Shown: positions 51,001 to 64,000 of the stretch, one piece after another
How positions within the stretch are numbered: the first letter of the stretch is position 1
Layout: each line of letters begins with the position of its first letter
NCBI GenBank assembly: GCA_003344405.1
Contig: NOWV01000018.1
Location: 558,001 to 622,000, forward strand
Reading direction: 5' to 3'
Length of the DNA: 64,000 bases
Origin: Trichoplax sp. H2
Taxonomy: Eukaryota
The notes under the pieces: model-generated
Database searches by the model: none
What the model was told of the DNA's origin: nothing
Seen by the model: the letters and a program-made list of their open reading frames with translations, nothing else
Translations under genes and position numbers: made by a program

Positions 51001-53686
51001 TATAAATATTTCAAGTCTATATAAATCGAACCTTAGTTGTAGCGAGGCTAACCCATGGTTATTAACTTGAATATTAATATGTTCAGGGATGGTTTTAAGG
51101 ATAAGGCTGCCATAGCTATGATCTATAATGTCAGATAAATAGCAGGTGTCTTATGTTGTAAACGCTAGTTATAATTAGGAAAAAAGTAAGTATTAGCATT
51201 GAGGTTGCCATGTTTTACGTGTATAATGTCATACGTATGTATAACATCAGATTAATAGTAGTAGTCTGACGAGCACATTATGAATGCCGATTAAAAGGGA
51301 GCATTTTTTTTTGTAATAAGGTTACCATGCCTATGATTTATAGCGTTCGATTAATAGTAACAGTGTTGCGTTGAGAATTCTGGTTAGCAAGAGTGTATCT
51401 AATTTGCAATAAGGTTACAATGCCCATGATTTATAGCGTTCGATCAATAGTAACATTGTTACGTTGAGAATTCTGGTTAGCAAGAATGTATCTAATTTGC
51501 AATAAGGTTACAATGCCCATGATTTATAGCGTTCGATTAATAGTAATAGTGTTACGTTGAGAATTCTGGTTAGCAAGAGTGTATCTAATTTGCAATAAGG
51601 TTACAATGCCCATGATTTATAGCGTTCGATTAATAGTAGCAGTGTTACTTTGAGAATTCTAATTAGCAAGAGTGCATTTAATTTATTTATAACAAGGTTG
51701 TTCGCCTATGACTTCTAATGTTCGATTAATAGCAGTAGTCTTATTTAACGAATGCTTATTAAGAAGATATTATTTAATTAGCAACAAGGTTACCACGTTT
51801 ATGATTTATAATGCAAGATTAATAATAGTAAACTAATATTGCGAATGCAAATTAGGAAGAGAATAATTGATTTGCAGTCGATCTTTTACGGCATTGCCTA
51901 CTGTATGGCATTTTTATTGTATTGCAAGCTGATCATGTAAGGTAGCACAACATTTAGTGGTGTAGGATCGTAATTATTGCGCTTAAACTTGGATAATTAT
52001 CATCGATCACTGTTTTAGTAGAACAAAGGGGGAAAAGGTATAGGATACAAGAAGGAATCGTAGCTTTTTCCTGTAAATACGAGTGGTTACTGCATACAAG
52101 TCGTTCATAAACAATTGCGATGGAGTCGCTTTATTGTTTATGCGATTAACTTAAATCCAATAACTACTACTTTAGATATCATCTGCTAACTTGGAAATAG
52201 CAATGCAATTGTAAAACAATGAAAGATGGAAGCAATTCAAAATATTTTTATGTGATTACTTCGTGAATGATGTGAATCAAGTCGTAGAAAAAGTTTAGAT
52301 GAATGCTATTGATAGAGTAGACAACATTTTCAGAAAAGAAAATGGACTTCAAAGAAATGACCAACACTGTGTTAAGTATTACACTATTTACTTGTATGCA
52401 CGTAGATAAACAATCGATTGATGGAAGAGTTTATCCATTGCAGGATATTTTAAAATCATCAATACCGATTTCTTGTGAATTGGACGAATCATACTGCATA
52501 TTCTTCATCATAAACTACTAGCTTTGAGTTTTACTACAGCGTTATGATTTCATGATAGGACATAAGATAGGTAGAAATAGGGTTGATATTAATTCCATGG
52601 CATTTCTGTCTTTGTATTACATTGTCGATTTTATCCATATTTCATAGTCTACTCGTCACGTACATTGTTCAATTCTCATTCTATTCCATAGCGGTAACCT
52701 GAATATTATTTACGAATTTGATTGCATGCATCAGTGATTGCTAAATAAACTATTCATTCTTAGAGCACTCGTTATTTCTCAATTCATTCCTACTGTGGCA
52801 TTTTGAGGAGATTGGAGTATTGCATTATGAACTTGTCTTTATATCGATATGTAAATAGGATCTCATTTTAGGATCGAATGGGAAAAAAATGCGTACCTTG
52901 GCCTAATTGATTGACGTCATCGACACTAAGATGGCTTATTGATACGGTGATTTCCGCAAGAAGAATTACAGTTAGTGCATAACCTCGATGATTCTGAAAT
53001 AAGAAATGACGCAATAGCATCCTTCTTTTAAGAAAGGATGAAGAAAGTTGAATTAGTCTTGACTTGCTAATAATGGAAGGAAATGATTTCCCTTGGAAGA
53101 GCGTTGATCATCAGACTGTTAGCAGTTTGGAATAGAAGTTTTCGTGATTATACTGTTGTTCACTGGACCTTGCAAGTACACTACAGTAGTTTACACCTAG
53201 TGAACGACTTTAGCAAAGTGAAAAATCAACAACGTTAATCGCTCAAATCTCTTCATCGAATGGCAACCTCCTACTGACTACCTCGACTCACAAACAGTCC
53301 AATCGTTTCATTTGAATAATTGCCCAAACAAGGATACCCCTAGGTGCCTATTCTATATTGAATTGTAAATGAGCAAGATTTGTACGTGCATAGGCATCGT
53401 CTGGAAGTCTGTATATCTTGGATGCATTTAGGCAAGAGGGTTGGATGCGAATGAAAAATACTTCCGATTTTATTTTAGGTGGTAATGAGTCCATCAATAT
53501 GAAGATCCTTTTTTATGTAGGAGCTTTATTCAGTTATTATTGCGTGTAACGCTTTTATATGGTTCCAGTTGTCTGTAAGAACCAGCATCAGTCAAGAAAA
53601 GAGTCCAATTCATGACTCTGGTTAATATAGGCATTTCCGTCGTCATTGGATCTGGAAATGCGGTCATTGCGAGTCAAGTTTACCAT
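48097..53686 (-). CDS. CTNS: Cystinosin (lysosomal PQ-loop cystine/H+ transporter), multi-exon
   Basis: Exons give a signal-peptide-like [14 protein letters not shown] (52993-52897) and a luminal domain (51122-51032, 50920-50848, about 50169-50063). Then [71 protein letters not shown] and [27 protein letters not shown]. The start ATG|gtaaac at 53686 is tentative; the firm coding limit is 52993. Confidence 0.92.
51195..51880. repeat. 93-bp tandem repeat, 4 near-identical plus degenerate flanking copies, in a cystinosin intron
   Basis: aataaggttac at 51315, 51408, 51501 and 51594 (period exactly 93), with decayed copies near 51691, 51783 and upstream. Confidence 0.95.
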
Positions 53687-53799
53687 TGTACAACATTGAT
53701 TGGCAAATTGTTGATGTTAAGCTACTCGATTACGTAGTTCTTACTGACTATTTATCGGTATATCTATATTTATCTACTATAGCAAATCAAACTATTATC

Positions 53800-55180
53800 G
53801 TTACGAGTGTAGTTTAGTATACTGCGGCATGATGTTTAACTGCGTAGTCATCACTTCAACATGCATTTACTATGTCAAAATAATTGATTACGAGTCTAGC
53901 TTGCTACGTATGCTACAGCATGCTGTTCGATTGCGTAGTCATCACTTGAACATCCATCTAGTATATTGAGATAATTTGTCACCAGCCTAGTTTACTATGC
54001 TACAGATTTACAGCATGTTGTTCTGCTACGTAGCGATGACATCATACTTCATCTACTATGTCCAAATAATTTGTCACCAGTCTAGTTTACTATGCTACAG
54101 ATTTACAGCATGTTGTTCTGCTACGTAGTGATGACTTAATACTCGTCTAACATGTCTAAATATTTCCGTCACCAGTCTAGTTTACTATGCTGCAGCATTA
54201 GTAAGGAAAGTCTTGGAGTCATGCTGTTGTATTGCGTAGCCATGACGTGATCAAGAGTGATATCTAACGAGCACAGTAGGTGAGCGTGATCAACTACAGT
54301 ATATCCATCTCCTCTCCAATTCTGTCATCGCTAGTCTAGTTTACTCTGCTGCAGTATTGCGTAGCCATGACGTGGTCAAGAGCGATATCTAGCGAGCACA
54401 GTAGGTGAGCGTGATCAACTACAGTACTGTATATCCATCTCCTCTCCAATTCTGTCATCGCTAGTCTAGTTTACTATGCTGCAGTATTGCGTAGCCATGA
54501 CGTAGTCAAGAGTGATATCGAGCGAGCACAGTAGGTGAGCGTGATCAACTAGATCCATCTTCCTCTCCAATTCTGTCATCGTTTGTCTAGTTTACTATGC
54601 TGCAGTATTGCGTAGCCATGACGTAGTCAAGAGTGATATCGAGCGAGCACAGTAGGTGAGCGTGATCAACTAGATCCATCTTCCTCTCCAATTCTGTCAT
54701 CGCTAGTCTAGTTTACTATGCTGCAGTATTGCGTAGCCATGACGTAGTCAAGAGTGATATCGAGCGAGCACAGTAGGTGAGCGTGATCAACTAGATCCAT
54801 CTTCCTCTCCAATTCTGTCATCGCTAGTCTAGTTTACTATGCTGCAGTATTGCGTAGCCAAGAGTGATATCTAGCGAGCACAGTAGGTGAGCGTGATCAA
54901 CTACAGTATATCCATCTCCTCTCCAATTCTGTCATCGCTAGTCTAGTTTACTTTGCTGCAGTATTGCGTAGCCATGACGTAGTCAAGAGTGATATCGAGC
55001 GAGCACAGTAGGTGAGCGTGATCAACTAGATCCATCTTCCTCTCCAATTCTGTCATCGCCAGTCTAGTTTACTATGCTGCAGTATTAGTTAGTTAAGGAA
55101 AGTCTTGAAGTCCTGCTGTTATATTGCTTAGCCATGACGTGTCAAGAGTGATATCTAGCGAGCGCAGTAGGTGAGCGCGA
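53800..55180. repeat. 121-bp tandem array (about 8 copies), preceded by related shorter degenerate units
   Basis: (a)gtctagtttact at about 54173, 54333, 54463, 54584, 54705, 54826, 54940 and 55061. The core periods are 130/121/121/121/114/121. 53800-54170 carries decayed ~70-100-bp units with a related ctagtttactatgct core. Confidence 0.95.
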
Positions 55181-55239
55181 TGAAGCTGACTAGCAGGTTC
55201 TCGTCAATGAGTTGACAGCACCTTGCATTGGTGTACCCA

Positions 55240-55860
55240 TGTACAGTACATACAGTACAGTACATCATACATTGTACTGTATACAGTGTACAGTACAGTA
55301 CTGTACAGTACAGTAGAGCTACTGTTACTACAGTGTACAGTACTGTACAGTAGGGAGCGTTGATAAAGTACTGTACTGTACTGTACTGTAGCCCGAGTAG
55401 GATACTTTTCACTGTAGTCGAGCTAGTGTACTGTACTGTACTGTATTTCCTACAGTATTGCTTGACGATGCAATCTACAGTATAGTACCGTACTGTACTG
55501 TAGAGTTGGGGACCACAAGCAGAGTTGAATGTATTGTACAGTGTACACTGTACAGTACTGTAGCCATGGCGTCATCATTGTACTGTACAGTATCGTATCA
55601 TGGTGCGTAGTTTGCCCACTTTTGCGCAATGTAAGAAATACGCAGGTGCATTCCGTATTTTACACGCTTTGAGGGAATGAAGCAATTACGCAGGCGCATT
55701 CCGCCAGAAGCTGAACTGCGCATCCGCGTTCCGTTCCATTCCGTAGTTTACTCGGTAGTGTCCAGCACAGTACTGTAGCCAAGGTAGGATACTTTTCACT
55801 GTAGTCGACAGGACTTCACCCACGCTCCCTACAGTATACGGTACACGGTAGACTGTAGGA
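55240..55860. promoter_or_regulatory. ACAGT/ACTGT cluster plus GC-richer segment: putative bidirectional promoter region of CTNS and the PTPN9-like gene
   Basis: Dense tacagtacagtactgtacag runs between the divergent 5' ends, with CpG-richer sequence at 55600-55950. Promoter function is inferred from position only. Confidence 0.5.
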
Positions 55861-56450
55861 ACAGGACGATAGGCTACTGTTACGTCCATTACCGCTAGCC
55901 GGTAGAGGAATCGCTTTGGCCTTGGCCAAGGCTAGGCGGCGGATGATTGTAGCCATGGTTATTGCTAGTCAAGTCCATTGGACGTGGTAGAATCCAGTTG
56001 GAATCAAGGGAAAGTAATCCATCCGATATCCACGGTTCAATGATGACAACGACAGAAGATTAATCGCTGGTAGTATATTGCAATCACGTTGACAACGAGT
56101 AGAGTGTTGTCAGATAGACTTTGGATGTATTTTGCCTTGTTGGCTCGACACTCGGTCAAGATTCTTCACTGAATTGGCAGACGAGTAGAATAGCAAATCC
56201 TGACTCATCAACATCTTGGTTTTACGCGCTAGGGCGTCTATTCCTGTAAGTTGTCATTAGGAGAAGGAAATGAATTTCTTTCTATGGTCCATTGGTAGTT
56301 TTTTTTTCCCCTCATTATTTCACCATGTTATCCATCGTTTCATCATATGGATGTTAGCAAAGCCAGTTTTGGATGTGCTTGATACAGTGGATCATATTAT
56401 TTCATTGTAGAGTTGAGACTTACTTCCTTGTAAGTGGTGAATGCAACGCC

Positions 56451-59400
56451 ATGGCTATGGCAGCCTGTGAAAACAATCATCAACCCAAGGTAAAATGGAC
56501 TCTTGTTGTCCACCAATTGGTCCACATACACTTGACTATTTAATCACTTCCTAATACATTGATGAAGAGTAGAAAAGCACCCAAAGGAGTAGCATTTAAT
56601 AACCTTGCCTTGAGCAGAAATGATCGGACTCTGGACTGTCTGTAGTACTGTCTATCCTTTCTCTCTTGCAACATGATACCGTAGTCCATTCAGTTACAAC
56701 AATATCGCTGACGACAACACCTACTACTTTCAAAAATCACTTTACTCTCATCGACTAGCATCCACTTCATCCTTCAAATAAAGCATAATCATTTCCAATT
56801 TCCTCTACTTTGACGGCCAATCATGGTGAACCTTCCATAGACATTGTTGTCCAGGCAAAAGTCGCAATGGCCATGGTCAAGCGATCACGACCATGATGGC
56901 ATGATACAAAGTGAAAATAACTGTTTGAACATGGATCAAGGGGAATTTAAATAACAAGTTCATCTAGTCTCAGTGTGTGCTGATATTCTCTTCTTTTCTA
57001 CAGGGGGCTATCAATCGACTATTCTATGTATCAAAAGATGAGTACAGTCATTTTGGGGACATTCCCAATCATGTCAAGATCCAACGACATTGGATCACCA
57101 ACTTTCATCGTACTTTATCCTGACACAATTTTACTTGCACAAGCTTGACTACAGATCAAAATATTGCAATCGAGATTGATTGGAGACAGTATACCAATCG
57201 CTAATTTTATTACTTTTACCCTGTCTATTGACGATATCCATCTATCCAATCACAATCTCAACAAGAGAACAGGATACCGCTTGAAATTGCACTTTGAACG
57301 CCAAGTGATGACTGTACACTAAGCATTCCACAATATCCTAGCAGATAAAGAATAGTGTCCTTCTAAAATGTGCATAGTTTTGTTGCCACTTATTTTTCCT
57401 ACGCCTTCTACAAAGTCCAGTAACATCAACCACACTAACTGGCCAACTAAAAATGGTCAAGTGAACAAGTTTTTCTTTTACAAAACACTTGAGATAACGT
57501 GACTAATTTTGCTAGCCATCCACTTGATAGCAATTACAGTAGAAAAAGCATGTTAACTGTATTTTCATACTTTCAACTTGATCATTACTTCATAGTTGAC
57601 TCTAGTCGAAAAATCGTTATTTTCAAAGATACAGAGCTCGTAATTCATCCATTTGATAGCAATTGTAGCCAGAAAGCATATTAGAACGGTACTGTCATAC
57701 TTTCAACTTAATCATGACTTGGATACAACAGTTGAAAGAGGAGGATTCCTTCAAAATTTCAATATTTGGACCATTTTTGATTTGCTTTCTTTTTCATCCT
57801 GCAATCGAATATGTATACAATATTTTGATGCAGCATTACCAACGCTATTCAGCTGTATACAGTTGCAAAAGGATTCCTTCCAATTTTCAATATTTTAACC
57901 ATTTTGGGTTTACTTTCTTTTTCACTCTGCAATCTACATTGTAGAAAGTATTCGAGACGTTATTGAGCTACTATCATTGCAATCACAGTCGTAATCGTTA
58001 TTTTGAAAGATACTTCGAGCACACCTAGTACCCCTAAAAAGACAAAAAATTGCAAGATTTAAACATTCCTGCCATGTATCTTTACATACTTTGAACGATC
58101 ATGATCGACAATGCTAGTGAACTATTTTTTGGCTATCGTAACAATCTTGTGTTGCAAAGATAATCTCGCTATCGTATTGATGGATGATTTCAACAAACGA
58201 TTATCAAGAGTAACATCTGAAAATCCAATGTAATCTGTCCAAAATGGATGAAAAGTTGACTACTAGCTACTTTGACGTTTGCTTGAATTGCGTCCAATGG
58301 AAAAAATACATTTTATTGATTTGTCAATTCTATACTTGGGTGATGAAGTGATAGGTAGATTATGCCATAGCTATCCCCTGTAGAGTGGCTATTATTTGCA
58401 AGCTCAACTTAATTGTAGGTGATAAATTAGGTAGCACTTGTCCACTGTAATCATTTGGCCAACACCTACAGTATCAGAAAATCGTAATTTGAATTGTCAT
58501 TTTGATTTTTGCCTGCAGGCACTTTTAATCCACGTACGTATGATTGAGATATCCTGTGATCACATCAAGTTAGGCCAGCACAACTAGTAAGATAATCAGA
58601 AGCAAGCAGCCTATTTACTGTCGATTTGGTTCAGTCGACGATAGTGAATTATTTATTTTCATAATGTGATCTCATGAATGTTTTTATTTCGATCATAACT
58701 GTAATTTTCAATGTGTGGTAGTTGCTTTTACATGCGTCTTTTGACGACATTGCCTAGGGCATAGGGCGTACTACCTTCAATGAAATGGCATCTACCGTGA
58801 AGCTAAAATCTCCATTGTAAATTTGTTCATCTTGTGATTATAAAACCCTCTACATTGCATACCATGATAGTGGATGAAAAAAGCAAAACTGTAACGATGT
58901 TGAAAAATGATAAAATCATTCGTATTATCCAGTGATTCTGTCGTGTCGATTATAGTAATGAATTATTCTCACGATAATAATAAAATCAGACATGGATCAT
59001 GATGATTGTACATCACACACGATATTCGTCCTTAACTAGGGTTAAAGCATTCCTGTCATCGTTAATACCTACTAGTAGTATTCAATTCCATTACGTGGCT
59101 ACTCCTTTAACTAGAAGTAATGGAATCAAAAATTTCAACATATTCACCTTCGATCATCGTTATGATTCATAAATCATTAAATCATTTCAACTATTCATCA
59201 TCTGTATAATTTCCTGTAGAATGATCAATAACGAAGACACAGTATTGTTATACACCAGCCTCTTTAGATTATTTCAAAGTTAGAGTAATTACAAACTGAA
59301 TGAAAAATTGACGTATAATGATTCTTTCATATTGAAATTGTACTAACAGCTGGGTTATATAGTAAAATAGCGTTGTTACAGTATAACCTTGTAAACAAAT

Positions 59401-62400
59401 CAAATTTAAGGTTATAACTAAGAAATTGACTCAATCAATTTGCAGAATGGTACTTGATTATATCGCTACAACGGTTCTCCTTATTATATCCAAGTCATTA
59501 TTGAATATCTCTTCTTTCGCTTGATTTTAGGGGACTGACAGTAGCGCTAGTTCGGAAACGGAGGAAGTACGCCAGGAGGTAGCGTAGTTTTAAGAGACTA
59601 ATCTATCTATGTGTCTTACCAGTTATTTTATGCTCAGGTGATAAAAATACAAACACCATATTAGCTCTATGTATATCGCTGACATAATTCATGAAATGAT
59701 GTCATGAAAGAAATTAGATTTCCCAATAGTATTGTTATAGATTGTATTATTAAAAATTTTCCCACTCAATTACTTTTATTAATATCGACATTTTAAAGCA
59801 GTACTACATCTACTTTATACGGTATTCCCCAATTTTTCAACTGATTTTTTCACGTTAACTTTTCAAATTAGTCGCGATGCCTATTCTCTTATACTCCATA
59901 CTGAATATAAGGCTATCAATTTGGTCGTCATGATGTAACCGTTAACTGTGTCTTTCTTCATAGTGACAGACTATATTACTCTCTTGCAATAGAGATTGAT
60001 ACATCGCTGTAGTATGGGAAAAAAGTTTCAAACCTAAATGATGTTACTCGGCTGATATCTTATATGCCTCTAATTCTATTCCTAACCAATACCCTATTAA
60101 TCAGAAACTTTATTTATAATCATTGTTATATGTATAATGAATTAGTTGGTGAAACCATATTTCTGAAATGACTCATTTGCAATAGATACACCTATTCCAA
60201 AATACTATTTTAATACAATGTATATGCTTTATAAATTTAATAGCAATAGTACTGTTCATATCCGGCTAGAAAATTTATTGCTCATACCGTAATTAAGATA
60301 GATACGGAAAAGAAATGGAATTATACGTCTTAGTTGTAATGCTTCAAGTTCACTACAGTATCACAGTAGGCAAGATATTACAGAATATCATGCCAGTGAC
60401 ACAATCGAAATATACTACTGTTGCACTTAAATTGAATGGATACTGGCTGAGATTTTAGAAAGTAGAGGATAAATCAGCATAGTCCATGATAATGGATATG
60501 AAGAAAAAAAATGACGTAATCATACTGGATGTATTAATATTATTGCTCATTTTTCATCTTTAAGTTAACAGTAAATAATTCAACCACTGTAGGCAACAAG
60601 AATGAATTCGACTAATTTATTAATCCTTTAGTAATACCCCTATTTTTAGTTACTGCTATACAACGCTTGGATAGATTTGAGAGTAGGCGTTAACTAATGA
60701 TTCTATACTCTGGAATAACAAACAATTCGTTTGTTTGACATAAACTTTTTTCCTATAACAAGTTCTAATTTGGAGGCACTGTTTATTTGTAGTTCAAAAA
60801 GAAAATTATTTACGTTGACATATAATGCATTACACGTAGACATGATCTCAATCGACAATTTTTATATAAGACTAATCTCCTTATCTTTCTATTGATTATA
60901 ATCTGATAATGTTTTGAACAAATAAGTATACAAACAGATTCCAATTCTTTACGGTAAAGTATAACTAACAAGTTGCAACTATTGTCTAGATTACTTACAC
61001 ATATTGAAAAAAAAAATATATGTTATTATCCTTTACCGATCAAATTATATTTTATACCATCATATAAAAAATGTTAAGTATACCGATTTTATTTACTGTA
61101 AGTTATAGTACTCACAAAAATAGACCTGAAATACTTTTTGTTTGCTTATAGCAATATTTATCTCGTAAATATAGACCTGTCGAATTTTTTTTATTTGTTA
61201 GTTTCGTCGCATTCTGTTCAGTACGTTATACAATGTTACATCCGTTGAACGATAAAGAGTATCTAGGCTATTTTCTTTTATTGAACTAGATTATTTTACG
61301 ATAATCCCATTACAGATTTCGCTGTATCACTTATCGTATTCAACATTAAACTATCCATCTCGTAATGATATTATCCGCTAATAGTAACCATTTTTATCAT
61401 GCAATTTTTGATATTTATTTAGTTTGTAATAATCTTTCGGATGAGTTAGTAATACACCTCTTTTAATAACAACATTGTTAGAACTAATTTAATATTGCTG
61501 TATACGAGTATTTTTTTTTTAGTTTGGTAAATCACGCCATTAATTGTCTTTTTCTGCATATAATGCAGTTGATTCAACAATTTCTAGAGGATATTCAAAC
61601 ATTGCAAGAGATGGATGATAATTTTACCAATATCAACACACAAACTGCAGAAATATTTGTAGCTGCTCGAAAAAATGACATAAAGCGAGCTAAGACACTG
61701 TTTCAACAACATTTGGTAAATGCTCTTGCTTATCCCTTGAATTGATATCTCGTTACTACAAGATCGTATTGATATTAAAACAGTAGCTATTGTGTATAGA
61801 TGGATTGGCATAAAAAATTAATCTCTAGTGGTATAACTTTGATCTTTCAACCGAGTTACAATCTTAATTTAACTGTATACAAATAGAGAAAGAGAATTAT
61901 GTTAATAGGATTAGTATTAACTTTCTATATCCTGATATCAAGATGAAATTGAAGCAATGTCCATTTTGTCGTGCTTCGATTAAGTGCTGTAAATTGTTGT
62001 TCCTGATAGCAATTACGTAGTTATATGTTTCAATATTAGTATCTGTATCCTACTTTTTAATGTACATTCGTAATTATATTTTCTTTTCTTATAGACGTAT
62101 ATAGAACTGTAGTAGTCTTTAGTTAGCTCTTGTACTATCTATCTAAAGATTGTAGTCCTGATTTTGAACTTAGATATAAGAAATAGATGTCAACTACTAT
62201 ATCATTTTAGGTGCCATTGATAGTAGTGAACATTTTTATTGTCAGTATATTCTACTTACTACAATATAAAATTTATAAGCATGATTCACACAGTTGGAAT
62301 GATAATGTCATACCTATCGACACTTAATATTTTATAATTGCTCATCCTTAGGACTTTCGAAAAAAGTATAACTTATGCAGGATTAATCCTAATGATAAAG

Positions 62401-64000
62401 ATTTACAGGATGAATTGAGAAGTCGTCGATTTTATATCACTGTAAGTATCAACAAGACGATTAATGTACTACTACCAAAATTACAATTTTAAACATTTAT
62501 AGCATCAATGTAAACTGATATCTTAGAAGTAGCTCTGTCTATTGAAGGGATTAGTCTTCCTGCCTTGTACCGCATTTCATATTATGTTACAATATATTGT
62601 GTCGGTGTCCAAAATTTCATTCAAGAAATCAAATTTATTACTGACAATAAAAAATTATGCTAATATATTCTACCAATATTATCTTTATTTTACTTACTAC
62701 TTAGCGTTTGGGCGATAAAGATCATGCTTCCGTTCTTCTACTAACGGCACATCGTTATAAGAAGGAAGAGAACTCTATTCAGACTTTTTTGAAATCAATG
62801 ATATTTCAATTGGATCAAATTCTAAAAGAGTACGGCATATAATTTTTTGTGTGGTCTGCACAGTTTACGCTTGTATATTGTCCTTGTATTGTATTACTAT
62901 TTTTGCAGCCTTATATAAAAATGATGTGAAGTAAAAAGTAGGCTGTATATCATTTAAGATATGTTATTGCAATATTAATTCTTGTAGTCCCCGAACAAGA
63001 CAATCTGGTGTAATATTATTAATTGACTTGACCACTGTTGGAATAACATCTGGTGAAAAAGATTTTGTCCGCACTATCTTAAAAGTTATACAGGTATATT
63101 TTCCAATAGTTATTCTCAATTTTAGTACTTGAATTAAATGTGGCACTTTTATTTAATCTCTTTTTATTTTGCTGACTTTCTATTGTGTTGGTACAGAGTA
63201 TATAGGACTAAACCATACAAGTTTAAACTGTAATCGTTTCTACTTGGCTTTTAGGGAAACTATCCGATATCTGTGAAGAAAATATTAGCTATCAATTGTA
63301 GTCTGATTTTGAGATATGCAGCAAAATTTTATTTTGAAATACTTAATCGGAAATTAAGAGATAGAGTAAGTCTTGCAGCAATTTCTATTTCCGATGTATC
63401 AATTGAAATAATTCGAGCTTACTGCACTTTTTTAGGTGGTATTCGTAGATAATAGTAGTTTGAAGAAGTTCGTACCTGAAGATGCTTTACCTAATGAATT
63501 AGGCGGAAATTCCAAATTTTGTTATAATATTTGGTTAAACAAGCTAACAAATAGTTGCCATATTTACGATGTCCAGAAGGGATTTTATTACACGCGTACA
63601 TCAGAATTGAAAAGACAAAAATCAACTGGACAAGCAGCTCTAAATTTTCAAGATCTTAAAGATCGTACCAATGACAGGGAACAACTACTAGAGGAGTATC
63701 AAGAGATTAGCAAAAAATCACGATGGGATGAAGAATCAAAAGGAATTAATTTTGAATCATCTTTGTAAGCTTGAAAATAAAATTTACTAAATTTGATGTC
63801 AATATAATATCAACATTTGAGATCATGTGTGTTTGCTAATGGAATTCCTATCTTTGTATGCAATTTATTTATTTTACTTAGAAAACCTTGTAACAGAAAG
63901 AAAAATAGATACCAGAATATCCTTTGCCTAGAAAGTAGTCGTGTGCGTTTACCTAAAGATATTGGAGATGACAACAGCAATGAGGTAGGGTGTAATAGTT
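56451..64000 (+). CDS. PTPN9: Sec14/CRAL-TRIO domain protein tyrosine phosphatase (PTP-MEG2-like), 5' part, truncated by the window end
   Basis: Exons 56451-56489 and 59531-59578 are tentative (MAMAACENNHQPK, GTDSS..EEVRQE). Then 61569-61715, 62352-62441, 62705-62829, 62988-63093, 63255-63365, 63436-63764 and 63882-63984. CRAL-TRIO: QQFLEDI..FVAARKNDIKRA, TRQSGVILLIDL, GNYPISVKKI, LPNELGG. PTP start: LLEEYQEI..NRKKNRYQNILCLESSRVRL (KNRY loop). Confidence 0.88.
57515..58105. repeat. Degenerate ~130-bp local duplications in a PTPN9-like 5' intron
   Basis: catcca.ttgatagcaatt..catactttcaactt.atcat near 57517 and 57646. ggattccttc.aa.tttcaatattt near 57743 and 57871. atcgttattt..aaagatac near 57613 and 57994. 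Confidence 0.65.

Noticed and set aside
55155-55889. Tyr/Cys/Thr/Val-rich ORFs on the - strand
   Set aside because: Translations of the ACAGT/ACTGT simple sequence.
63917-63925. Perfect U12-type donor ATATCCTTT
   Set aside because: It lies inside the coding exon for KNRYQNILCL; the frame continues to a GT donor at 63985.

Overview
AT-rich, intron-rich eukaryotic (animal) genomic DNA. The compact gene spacing and mostly short GT-AG introns suggest a basal metazoan such as a placozoan (Trichoplax-like); this is inference, not verified. I rebuilt seven protein-coding genes by hand from splice sites and reading frames. In order: the autophagy receptor NBR1 (+, PB1-ZZ-FW-LIR-UBA); two head-to-head PDE12-like EEP phosphodiesterase paralogs; two tandem SLC4 anion-exchanger paralogs (-); cystinosin (-); and the 5' part of a Sec14/CRAL-TRIO protein tyrosine phosphatase (PTPN9-like, +) that runs off the window end. 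A U12 minor-spliceosome snRNA gene, invisible in the ORF track, sits between the two SLC4 genes with a candidate promoter. The large 5' introns are filled with local tandem repeats rather than recognisable transposons. Clusters of TACAGTA/TACTGTA-type simple sequence mark each inferred promoter region. I found no CRISPR array, tRNA, rRNA or transposase. All homology calls come from remembered motifs, not database searches.
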